Notes: generated by a model not told the origin, from the sequence alone. A stretch of 54,952 nucleotides of DNA from Dehalococcoidia bacterium (GCA_041489355.1 JBGPRB010000001.1:1-54952), one strand, 5' to 3'. Shown: positions 41,470 through 51,744, counted from the stretch's first letter. Program-made: numbers and translations.

Positions 41470-42522
41470 TTAGCCCCACCCCAGGGCTTTTTCCACCGCC
41501 TTGATATCTGCCGGTAGCTCCAGAATCTGCGGGGCTTTCTTCAGGGCGGTCTCGGTATCCTTGAGTCCGGTGCCGGTGACCACGCCAACGATAACCTTAC
41601 CCGAAAAGTCCTTCCTCTGATTCGTAAGCTTGATTAAACCGGCCAGCGGCGCCGCCGATGCCGGCTCACCGAAGACCCCGGCCTCGGAAGCCATGATTCT
41701 CTGGGCGGAGAGTATTTCTTCGTCGCTGACCATGTCGATAATGCCGCCGGACTCATCGCGGGCGGCTACCGCTTTCTGCCAGCTGGCCGGGTTGCCGATG
41801 CGTATGGCCGTGGCTACCGTTTCCGGCTTCTCGATGGCATGGCCGCGGACAATCGGTGCCGCACCCTCGGCCTGGAAACCGTACATCTTCGGCTTCTTCG
41901 TTGCCTTGCCCGCTCCGTAATATTCTTTAAAGCCCTTCCAGTAGGCGGTGATATTGCCGGCGTTCCCCACCGGTAGAAAGAGATAGTCCGGGGCGTCGCC
42001 GAGGACGTCGACAATCTCGAAGGCAGCCGTCTTCTGTCCCTCGATGCGGTAAGGATTGAGGGAGTTTACCAGCGTCACCGGGTTCCTCTCGCTGAGACTG
42101 CGGACGATGTCAAGCGCCCGGTCGAAATTACCGTCGATGGCGATAATTTTCGCCCCGTATACAATTGCCTGGGCCAGCTTGCCCATGGCGATTTTGCCCC
42201 CGGGGATAACGATAATGCACTCGAGTCCGCAGTAAGCCGCGAAAGCGGCCGCGGAGGCGCTGGTGTTGCCGGTCGATGCGCAGATTATAGCCCTGGTGCC
42301 CTCTTCCACGGCTTTGGCCACGGCCACCACCATGCCCCTGTCTTTAAAAGAGCCGGTGGGGTGGCAGCCTTCCAGCTTGAAATAAAGCTCGCCGCAGCCG
42401 TATTTCCTGGCCAGCTTATCGCACCTGACCAGCGGCGTATCCCCTTCCCCGATGGTGAACATCGGTGTTCTGGAAGTGACAGGTAAATATTTTTTATATT
42501 GAAACAGAACTCCCTTTTTCAG
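41470..42522 (-). CDS. thrC: Threonine synthase
   Basis: PLP-Lys motif GSFKDRG. The track starts at ATG 42462, but the frame stays open upstream and encodes [19 protein letters not shown]. This matches the conserved ThrC N-terminus (B. subtilis [20 protein letters not shown], from memory). CTG at 42522 sits 6 nt after AAGGAGG. Confidence 0.85.
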   Translation of the reverse strand: MKKGVLFQYKKYLPVTSRTPMFTIGEGDTPLVRCDKLARKYGCGELYFKLEGCHPTGSFKDRGMVVAVAKAVEEGTRAIICASTGNTSASAAAFAAYCGLECIIVIPGGKIAMGKLAQAIVYGAKIIAIDGNFDRALDIVRSLSERNPVTLVNSLNPYRIEGQKTAAFEIVDVLGDAPDYLFLPVGNAGNITAYWKGFKEYYGAGKATKKPKMYGFQAEGAAPIVRGHAIEKPETVATAIRIGNPASWQKAVAARDESGGIIDMVSDEEILSAQRIMASEAGVFGEPASAAPLAGLIKLTNQRKDFSGKVIVGVVTGTGLKDTETALKKAPQILELPADIKAVEKALGWG

Positions 42523-42524
42523 AG

Positions 42525-43838
42525 TTAGCCTCCTTCTATATCCTCCACCCGGATAAAATTAGCTATCTCCCTGACCACCTCAAGGCACTCCAGTTCACGG
42601 AGCGCCTTCTGCATGGCTTTTTCCCGGGCCGGATGTGTCATAATCACTATTTCTGCCGTTTTTGTTTTAGCGTCGGACTCCGGCTGTATCGCCGAAGAAA
42701 TACTTATCTTATTGTTGCCGAAAACCCTGGCAATCTGCGCCAGGACGCCGGGACGGTCCGCGGCATTTAACCTTACGTAGTACTGCGTTTCGATTTCATC
42801 CATGGACTTGATACTCTTGCCCGAGGCCGCTTTCCAGGTGGATATACTGCCGACACCCAGGACAATCTTCCGCGCCGAGGAAACGACATCGGCAATAACG
42901 GCGCTGCTGGTGGGCCTGGCGCCGGCGCCTTCACCGATGAAAAGCACCTTACCTACCAGATCGCCCTCAACGTGCACTGCATTATATACCCCATCGACCT
43001 TGGCCAGAAAAGAGTCCTGCGGTATGAACACCGGGTGTACTCTGGCCTCGATGGAATCATCGCTCTGCTTGGCTATAGCCAGCAGTTTTATGGCAAAACC
43101 GAGCTCCCGCGCGTAACGAAAGTCATGGCCGGTGAGCCGCGAAATACCTTCACGGTAAATATCCTGAGGTCTTACCTGGGTCTGGAAGGCCAGTGAAGCC
43201 AGGATAGCCAGCTTGTAGTTGGCATCTATCCCTTCGATATCATTCTCCGGATTGGCTTCGGCGTAGCCCAGCTTCTGTGCCTGTTTCAGTGCCGCAGCAA
43301 AGTCCATACCCTCTTTTGCCATCATGGTGAGGATATAATTGGTGGTCCCATTGATGATGGCGAAGATGGCGCTGATATTATTTGCTACCAGGTCGTGCTT
43401 GAACGGGGCAATCAATGGGATGCCGCCGCCGACACTGGCTTCATATTGCAGGCCTACCCCATGCTTTCGGGCCAGTGCCAGCAGTTCCATACCATGCTTG
43501 GCGATGACCTCCTTATTAGAAGTAACAACGTGTTTACCACCCGCAAGGGCCCTTTTCAGGTAGTCCAGTGCCGGTCTCTCGCCACCAATGGCCTCGATAA
43601 CGATATCGATGCTCTGTTCCCCGAAAAATTCGTCATCATCGGTCGTGAAAAGCTGCCGGGGCATCTTTTTTGCCTGAGGACGCGACAAATCCTGCGGCAG
43701 GACCTTGACCTTCCGCAGGACGAGGGGACAACCGACCTTCTCCGCCAGTTCGTCCGCTTTATCCGTCAGGACCCTGGCTACCTGTCCGGCAACCACCCCC
43801 AGACCCATCAGGCCGATACCTATGCTTTTTTTATTCAT
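42525..43838 (-). CDS. hom: Homoserine dehydrogenase with C-terminal ACT domain
   Basis: Start at ATG 43838 ([18 protein letters not shown] Rossmann segment); the track start 43892 overlaps the upstream gene. Motifs: [17 protein letters not shown], and an ACT-like C-terminus ([18 protein letters not shown]). Confidence 0.9.
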   Translation of the reverse strand: MNKKSIGIGLMGLGVVAGQVARVLTDKADELAEKVGCPLVLRKVKVLPQDLSRPQAKKMPRQLFTTDDDEFFGEQSIDIVIEAIGGERPALDYLKRALAGGKHVVTSNKEVIAKHGMELLALARKHGVGLQYEASVGGGIPLIAPFKHDLVANNISAIFAIINGTTNYILTMMAKEGMDFAAALKQAQKLGYAEANPENDIEGIDANYKLAILASLAFQTQVRPQDIYREGISRLTGHDFRYARELGFAIKLLAIAKQSDDSIEARVHPVFIPQDSFLAKVDGVYNAVHVEGDLVGKVLFIGEGAGARPTSSAVIADVVSSARKIVLGVGSISTWKAASGKSIKSMDEIETQYYVRLNAADRPGVLAQIARVFGNNKISISSAIQPESDAKTKTAEIVIMTHPAREKAMQKALRELECLEVVREIANFIRVEDIEGG

Positions 43839-43843
43839 TGTCG

Positions 43844-45127
43844 CTACCCTTTGACTATTTTTAATTCCTTTAACGCTCGGTCTATAGCCCATGTCTTTAG
43901 TTCAGTCAGTCCAGAGTTATCTATATCAGCGGCAGATGCAAGCCAGAGACCGGACATCCAATCGCTATAGGCTTTATCTATCAGGGTACCCCGGTCCTCG
44001 GTACTTAGCTTTCTATCATTATCCTTATCGACTACTTTCACCAGCCAGGCGCCGCCCTTTGTCCAATAACCGCCTTCACGGATGGGATTACTCCATTTAC
44101 CAAGCTCTGTTTCCGGATTGACAACATAGCCATTAAAGGCATCACTGATATTCTCCGAGACATCCATTATGCCGAGTTCCCCATGCCCTTCCTGAGATGG
44201 GCTGTACTGGGAATATTCATCCGCGATGGGGCCAAGCTCTTCTCCGGCTTCCAGCCTCGCCTTGATGTCCTTTGATTCCACCTCGCTACTCAACATGAGT
44301 GCCGATACATTTGCCGAACCTTCATTCGGTCTGTTGTTCACCCTTAGCAGCCAGTAGCCCAACTGCTTGTACGCATCTTTATCAGGTAAAGGCGGGCTTA
44401 ATGCTCCCTTTTCCGCGTGAAAAGCAAAATCCACAGGTATTGTGGAACCCAGCTGGTTTAAGTATATAGAGGTAGGGTGCCAGCCGTAGTCCCCCTTATT
44501 TTGTTTAGAAGTATAATTTTGCGCATACTCACTGGCAAGCGCCGTAAAGTTATTACTACTTATGAATTTGTCCCGGACCTCAAGAGCCAGACTCTCGCTC
44601 TCCACCAGCATTGTCATCATATATACCTGGTTATCGGACTCCGGCACTTGAGAGGCAAAATACTCACTCTTCAGCCGATTCTGTAATAATTGCGCCCTCA
44701 TAAGACCCATGCTGGCATTATTAACCGGCAGAGACGAACCTGCAATAGCCTTTTTTACCTCATCATCGCTTACAGTTATCCCGAATCTCACCGCCCCCTG
44801 CCTGACCAGTTCGTCCTGTATAATTTCATTTACCACGCTATCGGTCATCGCTTCGATTCTTCCAGCCTCCTGGCCTTTCCCGGCGATTTCCAGCGTGTCA
44901 ATGAAGTATTCTGTATTAATCTTAGTATCATATACCTTGATTACAGTCTTGTGCAGAGGGCGATACTCACCATTAAACCAACCCACCAGGACTATCAAGA
45001 TAATAGCTGCGATAATCGCAATCCCGCTGATAAAAATGATACGTTGCCGCCGCTTTTGCTTCTGAAAATGTGATAGCTGGCGTCGGGTATATTCTCGGGG
45101 TTTTACTGCCTTCTTTTTCTTAGCCAC
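43844..45127 (-). CDS. Membrane-anchored parvulin-type peptidyl-prolyl isomerase (SurA/PrsA-like)
   Basis: 427 aa. Basic N-terminus plus one TM (IIFISGIAIIAAIILIVLVGW). SurA-like chaperone region and a parvulin-like C-terminal part (GELGIMD...). Confidence 0.65.
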   Translation of the reverse strand: MAKKKKAVKPREYTRRQLSHFQKQKRRQRIIFISGIAIIAAIILIVLVGWFNGEYRPLHKTVIKVYDTKINTEYFIDTLEIAGKGQEAGRIEAMTDSVVNEIIQDELVRQGAVRFGITVSDDEVKKAIAGSSLPVNNASMGLMRAQLLQNRLKSEYFASQVPESDNQVYMMTMLVESESLALEVRDKFISSNNFTALASEYAQNYTSKQNKGDYGWHPTSIYLNQLGSTIPVDFAFHAEKGALSPPLPDKDAYKQLGYWLLRVNNRPNEGSANVSALMLSSEVESKDIKARLEAGEELGPIADEYSQYSPSQEGHGELGIMDVSENISDAFNGYVVNPETELGKWSNPIREGGYWTKGGAWLVKVVDKDNDRKLSTEDRGTLIDKAYSDWMSGLWLASAADIDNSGLTELKTWAIDRALKELKIVKG

Positions 45128-45251
45128 AAAATTATCCTTCTATCAATAAAATATGTTGACCGTCCTTATATTTATAATACATTGACCGATTCATTTTCAA
45201 ATACTGCTGCCAGGGAGTCCGATTGAGAGAGTAAATTCGATGGCAGAAAAT

Positions 45252-46793
45252 CTATTTCCTCCATATGATGTGGCACTGCCACTTCGGCGAACTCTGGGGA
45301 AAATCTGACCGGAAATGGGCGCCCCGGCTCTCTTCCCTGATAAATGCCGCTTCCGTCAACAGCCGCCCGGTCAACATCAGGTTGCTCAACTCATAAGAAG
45401 GCTGGTCCGTGGGCCTGGGTGAAGAATGCTGCCAGGCCGCCAGGATACCGGCTGCCTGATTCAGCCCCTCCTTGTCGCGAATGATGCCGACCTTATCCCA
45501 GTGCAACTGCTGCAAGACAGCCAGACTGGGAGGGGGCAACGCCCTGGGAACCGGTCTCTGGCCGAGTGAAGTGTATATGTCTTTGACTTTTTCTTCGGTA
45601 GCAACCTTTTCTTTTGTTTTGCTTTTGGTCCTCTCCACTATTCTCTTGCTGAACACAATCGCTTCCAGGAGGGAGTTCGAAGCGAGGCGGTTGGCCCCGT
45701 GGACTCCGGTGCAGGCCACTTCTCCGGTGGCAAACAATCCGTTAATATTCGTCTCTCCCCAGCTGTTTGTCTTTACACCGCCTATCATATAGTGGGCAGC
45801 CGGCGCCACGGGTATCTGGCTTCTGGTAATATCCAGACCGCGGTCAAGACAAAAGCGATAGATATGCGGGAAACGCGTGGTAATGGTATTGGGCGGCAGA
45901 TGGGTGACATCCAGAAAGACCCTGTCCGAGCGGGTCTTTTTCATCTCGTTGAGTATGCTGCGGGCAACGATGTCCCGGGGTGCCAGGTCGGCCTTCTTGT
46001 GATAGTCCGGCATGAAACGGTAGCCTTCGGCGTTGCGCAGCAAGCCCCCCTCCCCCCTTACAGCCTCCGAAATAAGAAACGGCGGCACGCCGGGCATACG
46101 CAGAGCGGTGGGGTGGAACTGGAAAAACTCCATGTCCGCAATTTCGGCACCGGCATTAAAGGCAAGCGTGATACCGTCACCGGTGGCGACGTTAGAATTC
46201 GTATTGTACTTGAAGAGCTGGCCGGCCCCGCCGGTAGCCATAATCAGGAAGCGGCACTCGAATTCCTCGACGGTACCGGTACGGCAATCGATAGCCCTGA
46301 TGCCGCTAACCTTCCCTTTCTCTACATGAATCTCGGTGGCCAGAAAATTCTCCAGCACCTGAATCTTGGAATCACGCACCTTCTTGCTCAGGGCCAGTTC
46401 AATATACTCGCCGGTGGCGTCACCCCCGGCATGAAGGACACGGGGCACGCTGTGGGCCGCTTCCATGGTCAGGGCAACCTCGCCGTCGAGAGTATCGAAC
46501 GGCACGCGGTAATCAACAAGGTCGGCAATACGCGCCGGTGCTTCTCTAGCCAGGATATTCACGGCTTCTTCGTCAGACAGGCCGCAACCGGCATTTATCG
46601 TATCCTGCACATGAAGCTCCGGTGAGTCATCCTTACCGATAGCCGCCGCAATACCCCCCTGGGCATATTTGGTATTGCAGTCATCAATGCTGCCCTTGGT
46701 GATAACCAGAACGCTGCCCGCTTCCTTGGCCAGCAGCGCTGTATAAAGACCGCCGATACCGCTCCCCACCACGATATAGTCATACTGGTTCAT
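45252..46793 (-). CDS. nadB: L-aspartate oxidase
   Basis: 513 aa. DYIVVGSGIGGL, GGIAA, SEAVRGEGGLL, HYMIGGV, ATGEVACTGVHGANRLASNSLLE. Confidence 0.9.
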   Translation of the reverse strand: MNQYDYIVVGSGIGGLYTALLAKEAGSVLVITKGSIDDCNTKYAQGGIAAAIGKDDSPELHVQDTINAGCGLSDEEAVNILAREAPARIADLVDYRVPFDTLDGEVALTMEAAHSVPRVLHAGGDATGEYIELALSKKVRDSKIQVLENFLATEIHVEKGKVSGIRAIDCRTGTVEEFECRFLIMATGGAGQLFKYNTNSNVATGDGITLAFNAGAEIADMEFFQFHPTALRMPGVPPFLISEAVRGEGGLLRNAEGYRFMPDYHKKADLAPRDIVARSILNEMKKTRSDRVFLDVTHLPPNTITTRFPHIYRFCLDRGLDITRSQIPVAPAAHYMIGGVKTNSWGETNINGLFATGEVACTGVHGANRLASNSLLEAIVFSKRIVERTKSKTKEKVATEEKVKDIYTSLGQRPVPRALPPPSLAVLQQLHWDKVGIIRDKEGLNQAAGILAAWQHSSPRPTDQPSYELSNLMLTGRLLTEAAFIREESRGAHFRSDFPQSSPKWQCHIIWRK

Positions 46794-46950
46794 TTTAATC
46801 CTGTCCTGTCTCCGGTTTCACCGGCTTCTAGCAACGCCTGCCTATGATGACATCAATTAATCTGGCCTGTTCTGCCATTAAAATCCCTGGCTCTTAATAT
46901 ATTATACAAAGAGATAAATATAAATCCAGCCTGGGGAAAATACTCTAAAA

Positions 46951-47038
46951 TGGTGCCGAGGCGGAGATTTGAACTCCGACGAGCTTACGCTCACCACCCC
47001 CTCAAGATGGCGTGTCTACCAGATTCCACCACCTCGGC
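46951..47038 (-). tRNA. tRNA-Leu (anticodon GAG), class II with long variable arm, CCA encoded
   Basis: Reverse complement reads GCCGAGGTGGTGGAATCTGGTAGACACGCCATCTTGAGGGGGTGGTGAGCGTAAGCTCGTCGGAGTTCAAATCTCCGCCTCGGCACCA. Acceptor GCCGAGG/CCTCGGC, anticodon loop TTGAGGG, T-loop TTCAAAT. Confidence 0.9.
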
Positions 47039-47049
47039 GTTTAATAATC

Positions 47050-47125
47050 TGGCAGGAGTGAGAGGGCTCGAACCCCTGACCGGCGGTTTTGGAGACCGCT
47101 GCTCTACCAACTGAGCTACACTCCT
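47050..47125 (-). tRNA. tRNA-Trp (anticodon CCA), CCA encoded
   Basis: Reverse complement reads AGGAGTGTAGCTCAGTTGGTAGAGCAGCGGTCTCCAAAACCGCCGGTCAGGGGTTCGAGCCCTCTCACTCCTGCCA. Acceptor AGGAGTG/CACTCCT, anticodon loop CTCCAAA. Confidence 0.9.
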
Positions 47126-47136
47126 GCGCACAAGAG

Positions 47137-47166
47137 ATTATATTCCATTATAACATGAGGGTGCAA
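47137..47166 (-). promoter_or_regulatory. Candidate promoter for the tRNA-Trp/tRNA-Leu unit
   Basis: On the minus strand: TTGCAC (47166-47161), 18-nt spacer, TATAAT (47142-47137), ending 11 nt before the tRNA-Trp 5-prime end. Confidence 0.4.
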
Positions 47167-47194
47167 GATTATTGCTAAAAAATCGTTAAAATCG

Positions 47195-47223
47195 TTGCAC
47201 CTCCCCCCTTTTTCTGATATAAT
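47195..47223 (+). promoter_or_regulatory. Candidate extended -10 sigma70 promoter of the pyr operon
   Basis: TTGCAC (47195-47200), 17-nt spacer ending TGa, TATAAT (47218-47223). Confidence 0.55.
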
Positions 47224-47253
47224 CTATTCAAACGCAACAAAAGGAGCTAATTT

Positions 47254-47314
47254 AACCTTTAAGCCAGTCCCGCGAGGCTGGCAAGGGGAGCAACCGAACA
47301 CAGGTAATCCTTAA
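47254..47314 (+). promoter_or_regulatory. PyrR-binding leader RNA (anti-antiterminator/antiterminator region)
   Basis: tttaaGCCAGtcccgcgagGCTGGCaagggga resembles the PyrR-binding loop consensus (..UUUAA..CCAG..GAGAGGCUGG..AAGGG..). GGCTGGCAAG (47277-47286) can pair instead with CTTGCCAGCC (47318-47327) in the terminator left arm. Confidence 0.6.
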
Positions 47315-47345
47315 CCTCTTGCCAGCCGGAAGCAAGAGGTTTTTT
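47315..47345 (+). terminator. Attenuator terminator of the pyr leader
   Basis: Stem cctcttgc (47315-47322) / gcaagagg (47332-47339), followed by TTTTTT (47340-47345). The pyrR ATG follows immediately at 47346. Confidence 0.65.
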
Positions 47346-47945
47346 ATGTCCGCAAAAATAGTCATGACCGTAGAAGACATCCGGCGCACCCTCGCACGCA
47401 TTGCCCACGAAATTATCGAGCGCAATAAGGTCACCGATAATCTGGTGCTTGTCGGCCTGCATACCCGCGGCGTTCCATTAGCAAAACGCCTGGCGGAAAA
47501 TATCGAGCGCTACGAGAAATCGAAACTCATCGTCGGGGCTCTCGACTTCAGCCTGTACCGCGATGACCTCGACCCCTCCGAAGCCAACACCTCCGTCCAG
47601 CGTACGGATATTCCATCCGATATCAACGGCAAGTCTGTGGTGCTCGTCGACGATGTTCTCTACACCGGCCGCAGCATCCGCGCTGCCATGGACGCCCTGA
47701 TTGACCTGGGGCGACCGCGCTCCATTCAATTGGCGGTCCTCATCGACCGCGGCCACCGTGAGATGCCGATACGTGCGGACTACGTCGGCAAGAATATCCC
47801 CAGCGCCCGCCATGAAGATATCCAGGTCCGCCTGGTCGAGACCGATGGCGTTGACGAGGTTGCTATCGTCAGCCAGGCCAATAATAAAACCTCTAACAGC
47901 CAGATGGAAGTCCCGATGAAATCGGGAAAGGAGGAGTTACCATGA
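47346..47945 (+). CDS. pyrR: Bifunctional pyr operon regulator / uracil phosphoribosyltransferase PyrR
   Basis: Start at ATG 47346 ([23 protein letters not shown]). The track start 47319 lies inside the terminator hairpin. PRTase motif [17 protein letters not shown]. About 20-aa C-terminal extension. Confidence 0.9.
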   Translation: MSAKIVMTVEDIRRTLARIAHEIIERNKVTDNLVLVGLHTRGVPLAKRLAENIERYEKSKLIVGALDFSLYRDDLDPSEANTSVQRTDIPSDINGKSVVLVDDVLYTGRSIRAAMDALIDLGRPRSIQLAVLIDRGHREMPIRADYVGKNIPSARHEDIQVRLVETDGVDEVAIVSQANNKTSNSQMEVPMKSGKEELP

Positions 47946-49342
47946 CACTGGCAAATAGAAGTCTGGTGACTATCGATGACCTCTCTAACGGCGAAATGAT
48001 GGCGCTCTTCTCCCTGGCCGATGAAATGTCGGTCAACATGAAGGAACAGTACGGCCTCTGCCGGGGCAAAATTATGGCCAGCCTGTTCTTCGAACCGAGC
48101 ACTCGTACGAGGCTGTCATTCGAGGCCGCCATGCACCGTCTCGGCGGTAGCGTTATCACTGTTTCCGATGTCGGCGCTACGTCTCTTGCCAAAGGCGAAA
48201 GCATCGCCGACACGGCCAGAGTCGTCGGCAGCTACGCCGATATTATCGCCATTCGCCATCCATGGGAAGGGGCGGCCCGGGTCGTGGCTAACTATGCCGG
48301 TATTCCGGTTATCAACGCCGGTGACGGCGGCCACCAGCACCCGACCCAGACCCTCTGCGACCTCTACACCATCCTCAAGGAAAGACATACCATCAAGGGA
48401 CTGAAAATTGCACTGTGGGGCGACTTGAAATACGGCCGGACCATACACTCCCTGATTTTCGCGCTGGCCAAGTTCGGTGCCGATATCCTGTTTTGCCCGA
48501 GCCCGGGGTTAGAAGTACCCGAACATGTCATCGATAAACTCATCACGGAATACGGCGGTGAAATAGAACGGTACAGCGCTCTGGACCAGGCGAACAAGGA
48601 AAACCTGTTCCCTATGGATGCCATTTATACCACGCCGAGCAGTCCTCACCAGCTGACGATGATGCCGGACATCAGTGTACAGGTCGAGTTGAAGGGAGGC
48701 GTCGATGCCCTCTACGTCACCCGACCGCAAAAGGAGAGATTCTCCGCTGCTGAAGAGCAGGACCTGAAGGAAAAATATCCCGTGGTGGACAAAAAGCTGC
48801 TCCAGGGCAAGGCATTCCGCAAAACACTGGTCATGCACCCCCTCCCCAGGGTTGATGAACTGGCTTACGAAGTCGATGCTGATGAGAGGAGCATGTATTT
48901 CAAACAGGCTGCCCGCGGTGTGCCCATCAGGATGGCGCTCCTGGCGCTCTTGCTCGGCGTCAAAGACATTGTGGTTCCGGAGGTTGATTCCCCGCCCCCG
49001 GCAAAATACCCCGCCTACCAGCATGCCATAAGCCCCGCGTGCCCCAATCCGAAATGCGTATCCATCCAGGCAACCGAAACAAAGTACCTCAAGCCTGAGT
49101 TTAAAATAGTGAAAACCCGGCCTCTCACGCTGCGTTGCGTTTATTGCGAACATGGCTTCGAACCGAAATTCGTGGCAAGCACAGATTGGCATGAACACAA
49201 ACTGGATACTAAGAAATACCACAGCGCGGACAGCCACTGGACTAAAGATATCAGGCCGGAGAACCTCATAGTTTTCAATACGGAGGAGGAAGCTCAGGCC
49301 CACGGCTTCAAGGCGAGTCACTTTACAGGAGGACATCACTAG
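47942..49342 (+). CDS. pyrB: Aspartate carbamoyltransferase catalytic chain fused to a PyrI-type zinc domain plus extra tail
   Basis: 466 aa. [17 protein letters not shown] and RMALL catalytic motifs occupy aa 1-340. Then CPNPKC-x26-CVYC (aa 367-402), like the PyrI C-terminal zinc domain, followed by a 64-aa tail. ATGA overlap with pyrR. Confidence 0.9.
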   Translation: MTLANRSLVTIDDLSNGEMMALFSLADEMSVNMKEQYGLCRGKIMASLFFEPSTRTRLSFEAAMHRLGGSVITVSDVGATSLAKGESIADTARVVGSYADIIAIRHPWEGAARVVANYAGIPVINAGDGGHQHPTQTLCDLYTILKERHTIKGLKIALWGDLKYGRTIHSLIFALAKFGADILFCPSPGLEVPEHVIDKLITEYGGEIERYSALDQANKENLFPMDAIYTTPSSPHQLTMMPDISVQVELKGGVDALYVTRPQKERFSAAEEQDLKEKYPVVDKKLLQGKAFRKTLVMHPLPRVDELAYEVDADERSMYFKQAARGVPIRMALLALLLGVKDIVVPEVDSPPPAKYPAYQHAISPACPNPKCVSIQATETKYLKPEFKIVKTRPLTLRCVYCEHGFEPKFVASTDWHEHKLDTKKYHSADSHWTKDIRPENLIVFNTEEEAQAHGFKASHFTGGHH

Positions 49343-49346
49343 ATAA

Positions 49347-50666
49347 ATGCCAGATGCTTTGCTTATCCGGGGCGGCCGTATCATTGACCCCTCCCGGGAC
49401 ATGGATAAAACAGGCAACCTGCTTATCAAAGAAGGCAAAATCTCCTGGGTGGGAGACAGCACGCCACCTGATACAGATTACGACGTCCTCGACGCCGGTG
49501 GGCTAATCGTTTGCCCGGGCTTTATAGACCTGCATTGCCACCTCCGCCAGCCGGGTAATGAAGAAAAAGAGACCATCGCCACGGGGACGCTGGCCGCGGC
49601 GCGGGGAGGCTTTACCACCGTTTGCTGTATGCCCAATACCAGCCCGCCCCTGGACAACGAGGCAATGATTAACTATGTTAAAACAATTGCCGCCAAAGAG
49701 GGCGTCGTGCGCGTTTTCCCCATCGGCTGCGTCACGGTGGGCCGTAAAGGGGAGGAACTGGTCGATATGGGCGAGCTTGAGATGGCCGGTGCCATTGCTT
49801 ATAGCGATGACGGCGCTCCGGTCAGTAGCCCGGAAATTATGCGCCAGGCCCTCGAGTACAGCCGCGACTTTAACCGGCCGATTATAGACCACTGTGAGAA
49901 CCTGTTTCTCAGTCAGGGCGGCCAGATAAACGAGGGCGTTGTCTCGCTGGAGCTGGGACTTTGCGGTATACCCGCGGCCGCTGAGGAGCTTATCGTCAAG
50001 CGCGACCTCGAGTTTGCCCGCGAGACCGGCGGGCATGTGCACATCGCCCATGTCAGCACCACAGGCTCGGTAGACCTGATTCGCGCCGCCAAGGAGCAGG
50101 GCGTCCGCGTCACAGCGGAAGTCACCCCCCACCACCTCAACCTGACCGAGGAAGACGTTATAAAATATAAGACCCTCGCCAAAGTCAACCCGCCGTTAAG
50201 GAACAGACAGGACACTATCGCCCTGCTCCGCGCCCTGAACGATGGCGTTATCGATATCGTCGCTACCGACCATGCTCCGCATACCGCCGCCGATAAAAAC
50301 TGCGATTTCACTCAGGCCGCCTTCGGCATCAGCGGGCTGGAGACAGCTCTGGGCAGCCTGGCGGGCTTGATTTTCAAAAGTGAACTCAGCCTGAATACCC
50401 TGATTGCGGCGCTGACCATCGGCCCGGCGCGCGTCCTCGGCTACGAAAAGCTGGGCACGCTGGAAATTGACGCGCCGGCGGATATCTGTATCTTCGACCT
50501 GCATAAAGAATGGGTGGTCGATACGGACAAATTCGCCTCCAGAGGCAAAAATACTCCCCTGGCAGGGCAGACACTTAAAGGTAAGGTCATGGCGACCTTT
50601 TACCTGGGGAACCCGGTGTATATGGATGAATGTTTGAAAATAGAAGTGAGAGCACATCATGGCTAA
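49347..50666 (+). CDS. pyrC: Dihydroorotase
   Basis: 439 aa. GFIDLHCHLRQPG (HxH), HIAHVST, ATDHAPH. Confidence 0.9.
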   Translation: MPDALLIRGGRIIDPSRDMDKTGNLLIKEGKISWVGDSTPPDTDYDVLDAGGLIVCPGFIDLHCHLRQPGNEEKETIATGTLAAARGGFTTVCCMPNTSPPLDNEAMINYVKTIAAKEGVVRVFPIGCVTVGRKGEELVDMGELEMAGAIAYSDDGAPVSSPEIMRQALEYSRDFNRPIIDHCENLFLSQGGQINEGVVSLELGLCGIPAAAEELIVKRDLEFARETGGHVHIAHVSTTGSVDLIRAAKEQGVRVTAEVTPHHLNLTEEDVIKYKTLAKVNPPLRNRQDTIALLRALNDGVIDIVATDHAPHTAADKNCDFTQAAFGISGLETALGSLAGLIFKSELSLNTLIAALTIGPARVLGYEKLGTLEIDAPADICIFDLHKEWVVDTDKFASRGKNTPLAGQTLKGKVMATFYLGNPVYMDECLKIEVRAHHG

Positions 50667-51744
50667 AACAGCTATTTTAGTCCTGGCCGACGGCTCGACT
50701 TACGAGGGTTATGCCTTCGGGGCGGAGACGGATGCCATCGGCGAGGCGGTCTTTAACACGAGCATGGCCGGCTACCAGGAGATGCTTACCGACCCCTCCT
50801 ATTCCGGCCAGATTTTGATACCCACCTACCCGCTCATCGGCAACTACGGCACCAACGACGATGACATTGAATCGAGACAAATCCAAGTGAGGGGCTTTGT
50901 CGTCAGAGAGGAGTGCGACCAGCCCAATCACTACCTTAATAACAAGACCGTCCACGATTACCTGCTAGAGGGCAACATCCCGGGCATCTGGGGCGTGGAT
51001 ACCCGCGCCATTACCCGTCGGCTGCGCTCGGCGGGGGTCATGATGGGCATGATAACATCGTCAAAAACGCCCGCCGAAGCTTTAGAAGCTATCAGGAAAG
51101 CGCCCGACTACGGCTCTATCGACTTCGTCAAAGATGTCACCACACATAAACCTTATAAATGGGAGGGAGACGGCAACGCCAGTTACCACGTCGTGGCGCT
51201 GGACTGCGGCCTGAAATACAATATTCTGAGGTTGCTGGCCAAGCACGGCTGCCATACTAGTGTCGTGCCCTGCACAACGTCGGCGGAGGAAATTCTGAGC
51301 TTAAAGCCGGACGGCATCCTGCTTTCGCCCGGCCCCGGCGACCCCGCTCTGCTGGACTATATCGTTGAGAACATTAAAAAGCTCGTCGGCGAAAAGCCTA
51401 TCATGGGCATCTGCCTGGGCAACCAGCTTATCGCCCACGCTTACGGCGGCAAGACCTTCAAGCTCAAGTTCGGCCACCGCGGCGGCAATCACCCGGTGCG
51501 GGACTTATCGAACGGCCGTATCCATATCACCGCCCAGAACCACGGCTACGCCGTCGACCCCGCCACGATAGGGAAAGAGCTTGAGGTGACTCATATCAAC
51601 CTGAACGACGGTACAGTGGAGGGCCTGCGGCACAAGGAGCTTCCCATCTTCGCCATCCAGTACCACTCGGAGGCGTCCCCCGGCCCGCTGGACAACGTGT
51701 ACCTGTTCCAGCAGTTCGTGGATTCGATTAAGGCAAATTTATGA
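50659..51744 (+). CDS. carA: Carbamoyl-phosphate synthase small (glutaminase) subunit
   Basis: 361 aa. GICLGNQL catalytic Cys, FGHRGGNHPV, QYHSEASPGP. 8-nt overlap with pyrC. Confidence 0.9.
   Translation: MAKTAILVLADGSTYEGYAFGAETDAIGEAVFNTSMAGYQEMLTDPSYSGQILIPTYPLIGNYGTNDDDIESRQIQVRGFVVREECDQPNHYLNNKTVHDYLLEGNIPGIWGVDTRAITRRLRSAGVMMGMITSSKTPAEALEAIRKAPDYGSIDFVKDVTTHKPYKWEGDGNASYHVVALDCGLKYNILRLLAKHGCHTSVVPCTTSAEEILSLKPDGILLSPGPGDPALLDYIVENIKKLVGEKPIMGICLGNQLIAHAYGGKTFKLKFGHRGGNHPVRDLSNGRIHITAQNHGYAVDPATIGKELEVTHINLNDGTVEGLRHKELPIFAIQYHSEASPGPLDNVYLFQQFVDSIKANL

Noticed and set aside
46794-47345. tRNA-Leu/tRNA-Trp locus as an integration site for a mobile element
   Set aside because: There is no integrase and no duplicated tRNA 3-prime fragment. 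Both flanking regions (nadB, pyr operon) are housekeeping genes with normal composition.
48509-49462. Long antisense or shadow ORFs opposite well-supported genes (48509-49462 -, 45699-46625 +, 40763-41353 +, 9656-10303 -, 11724-12317 -, 22503-23042 -, 38486-39079 -, 49503-50135 -)
   Set aside because: They lie antisense to genes with unambiguous family motifs, have no recognisable motifs themselves, and show Arg/Gly/Pro-rich composition typical of GC-biased off-frame translation.
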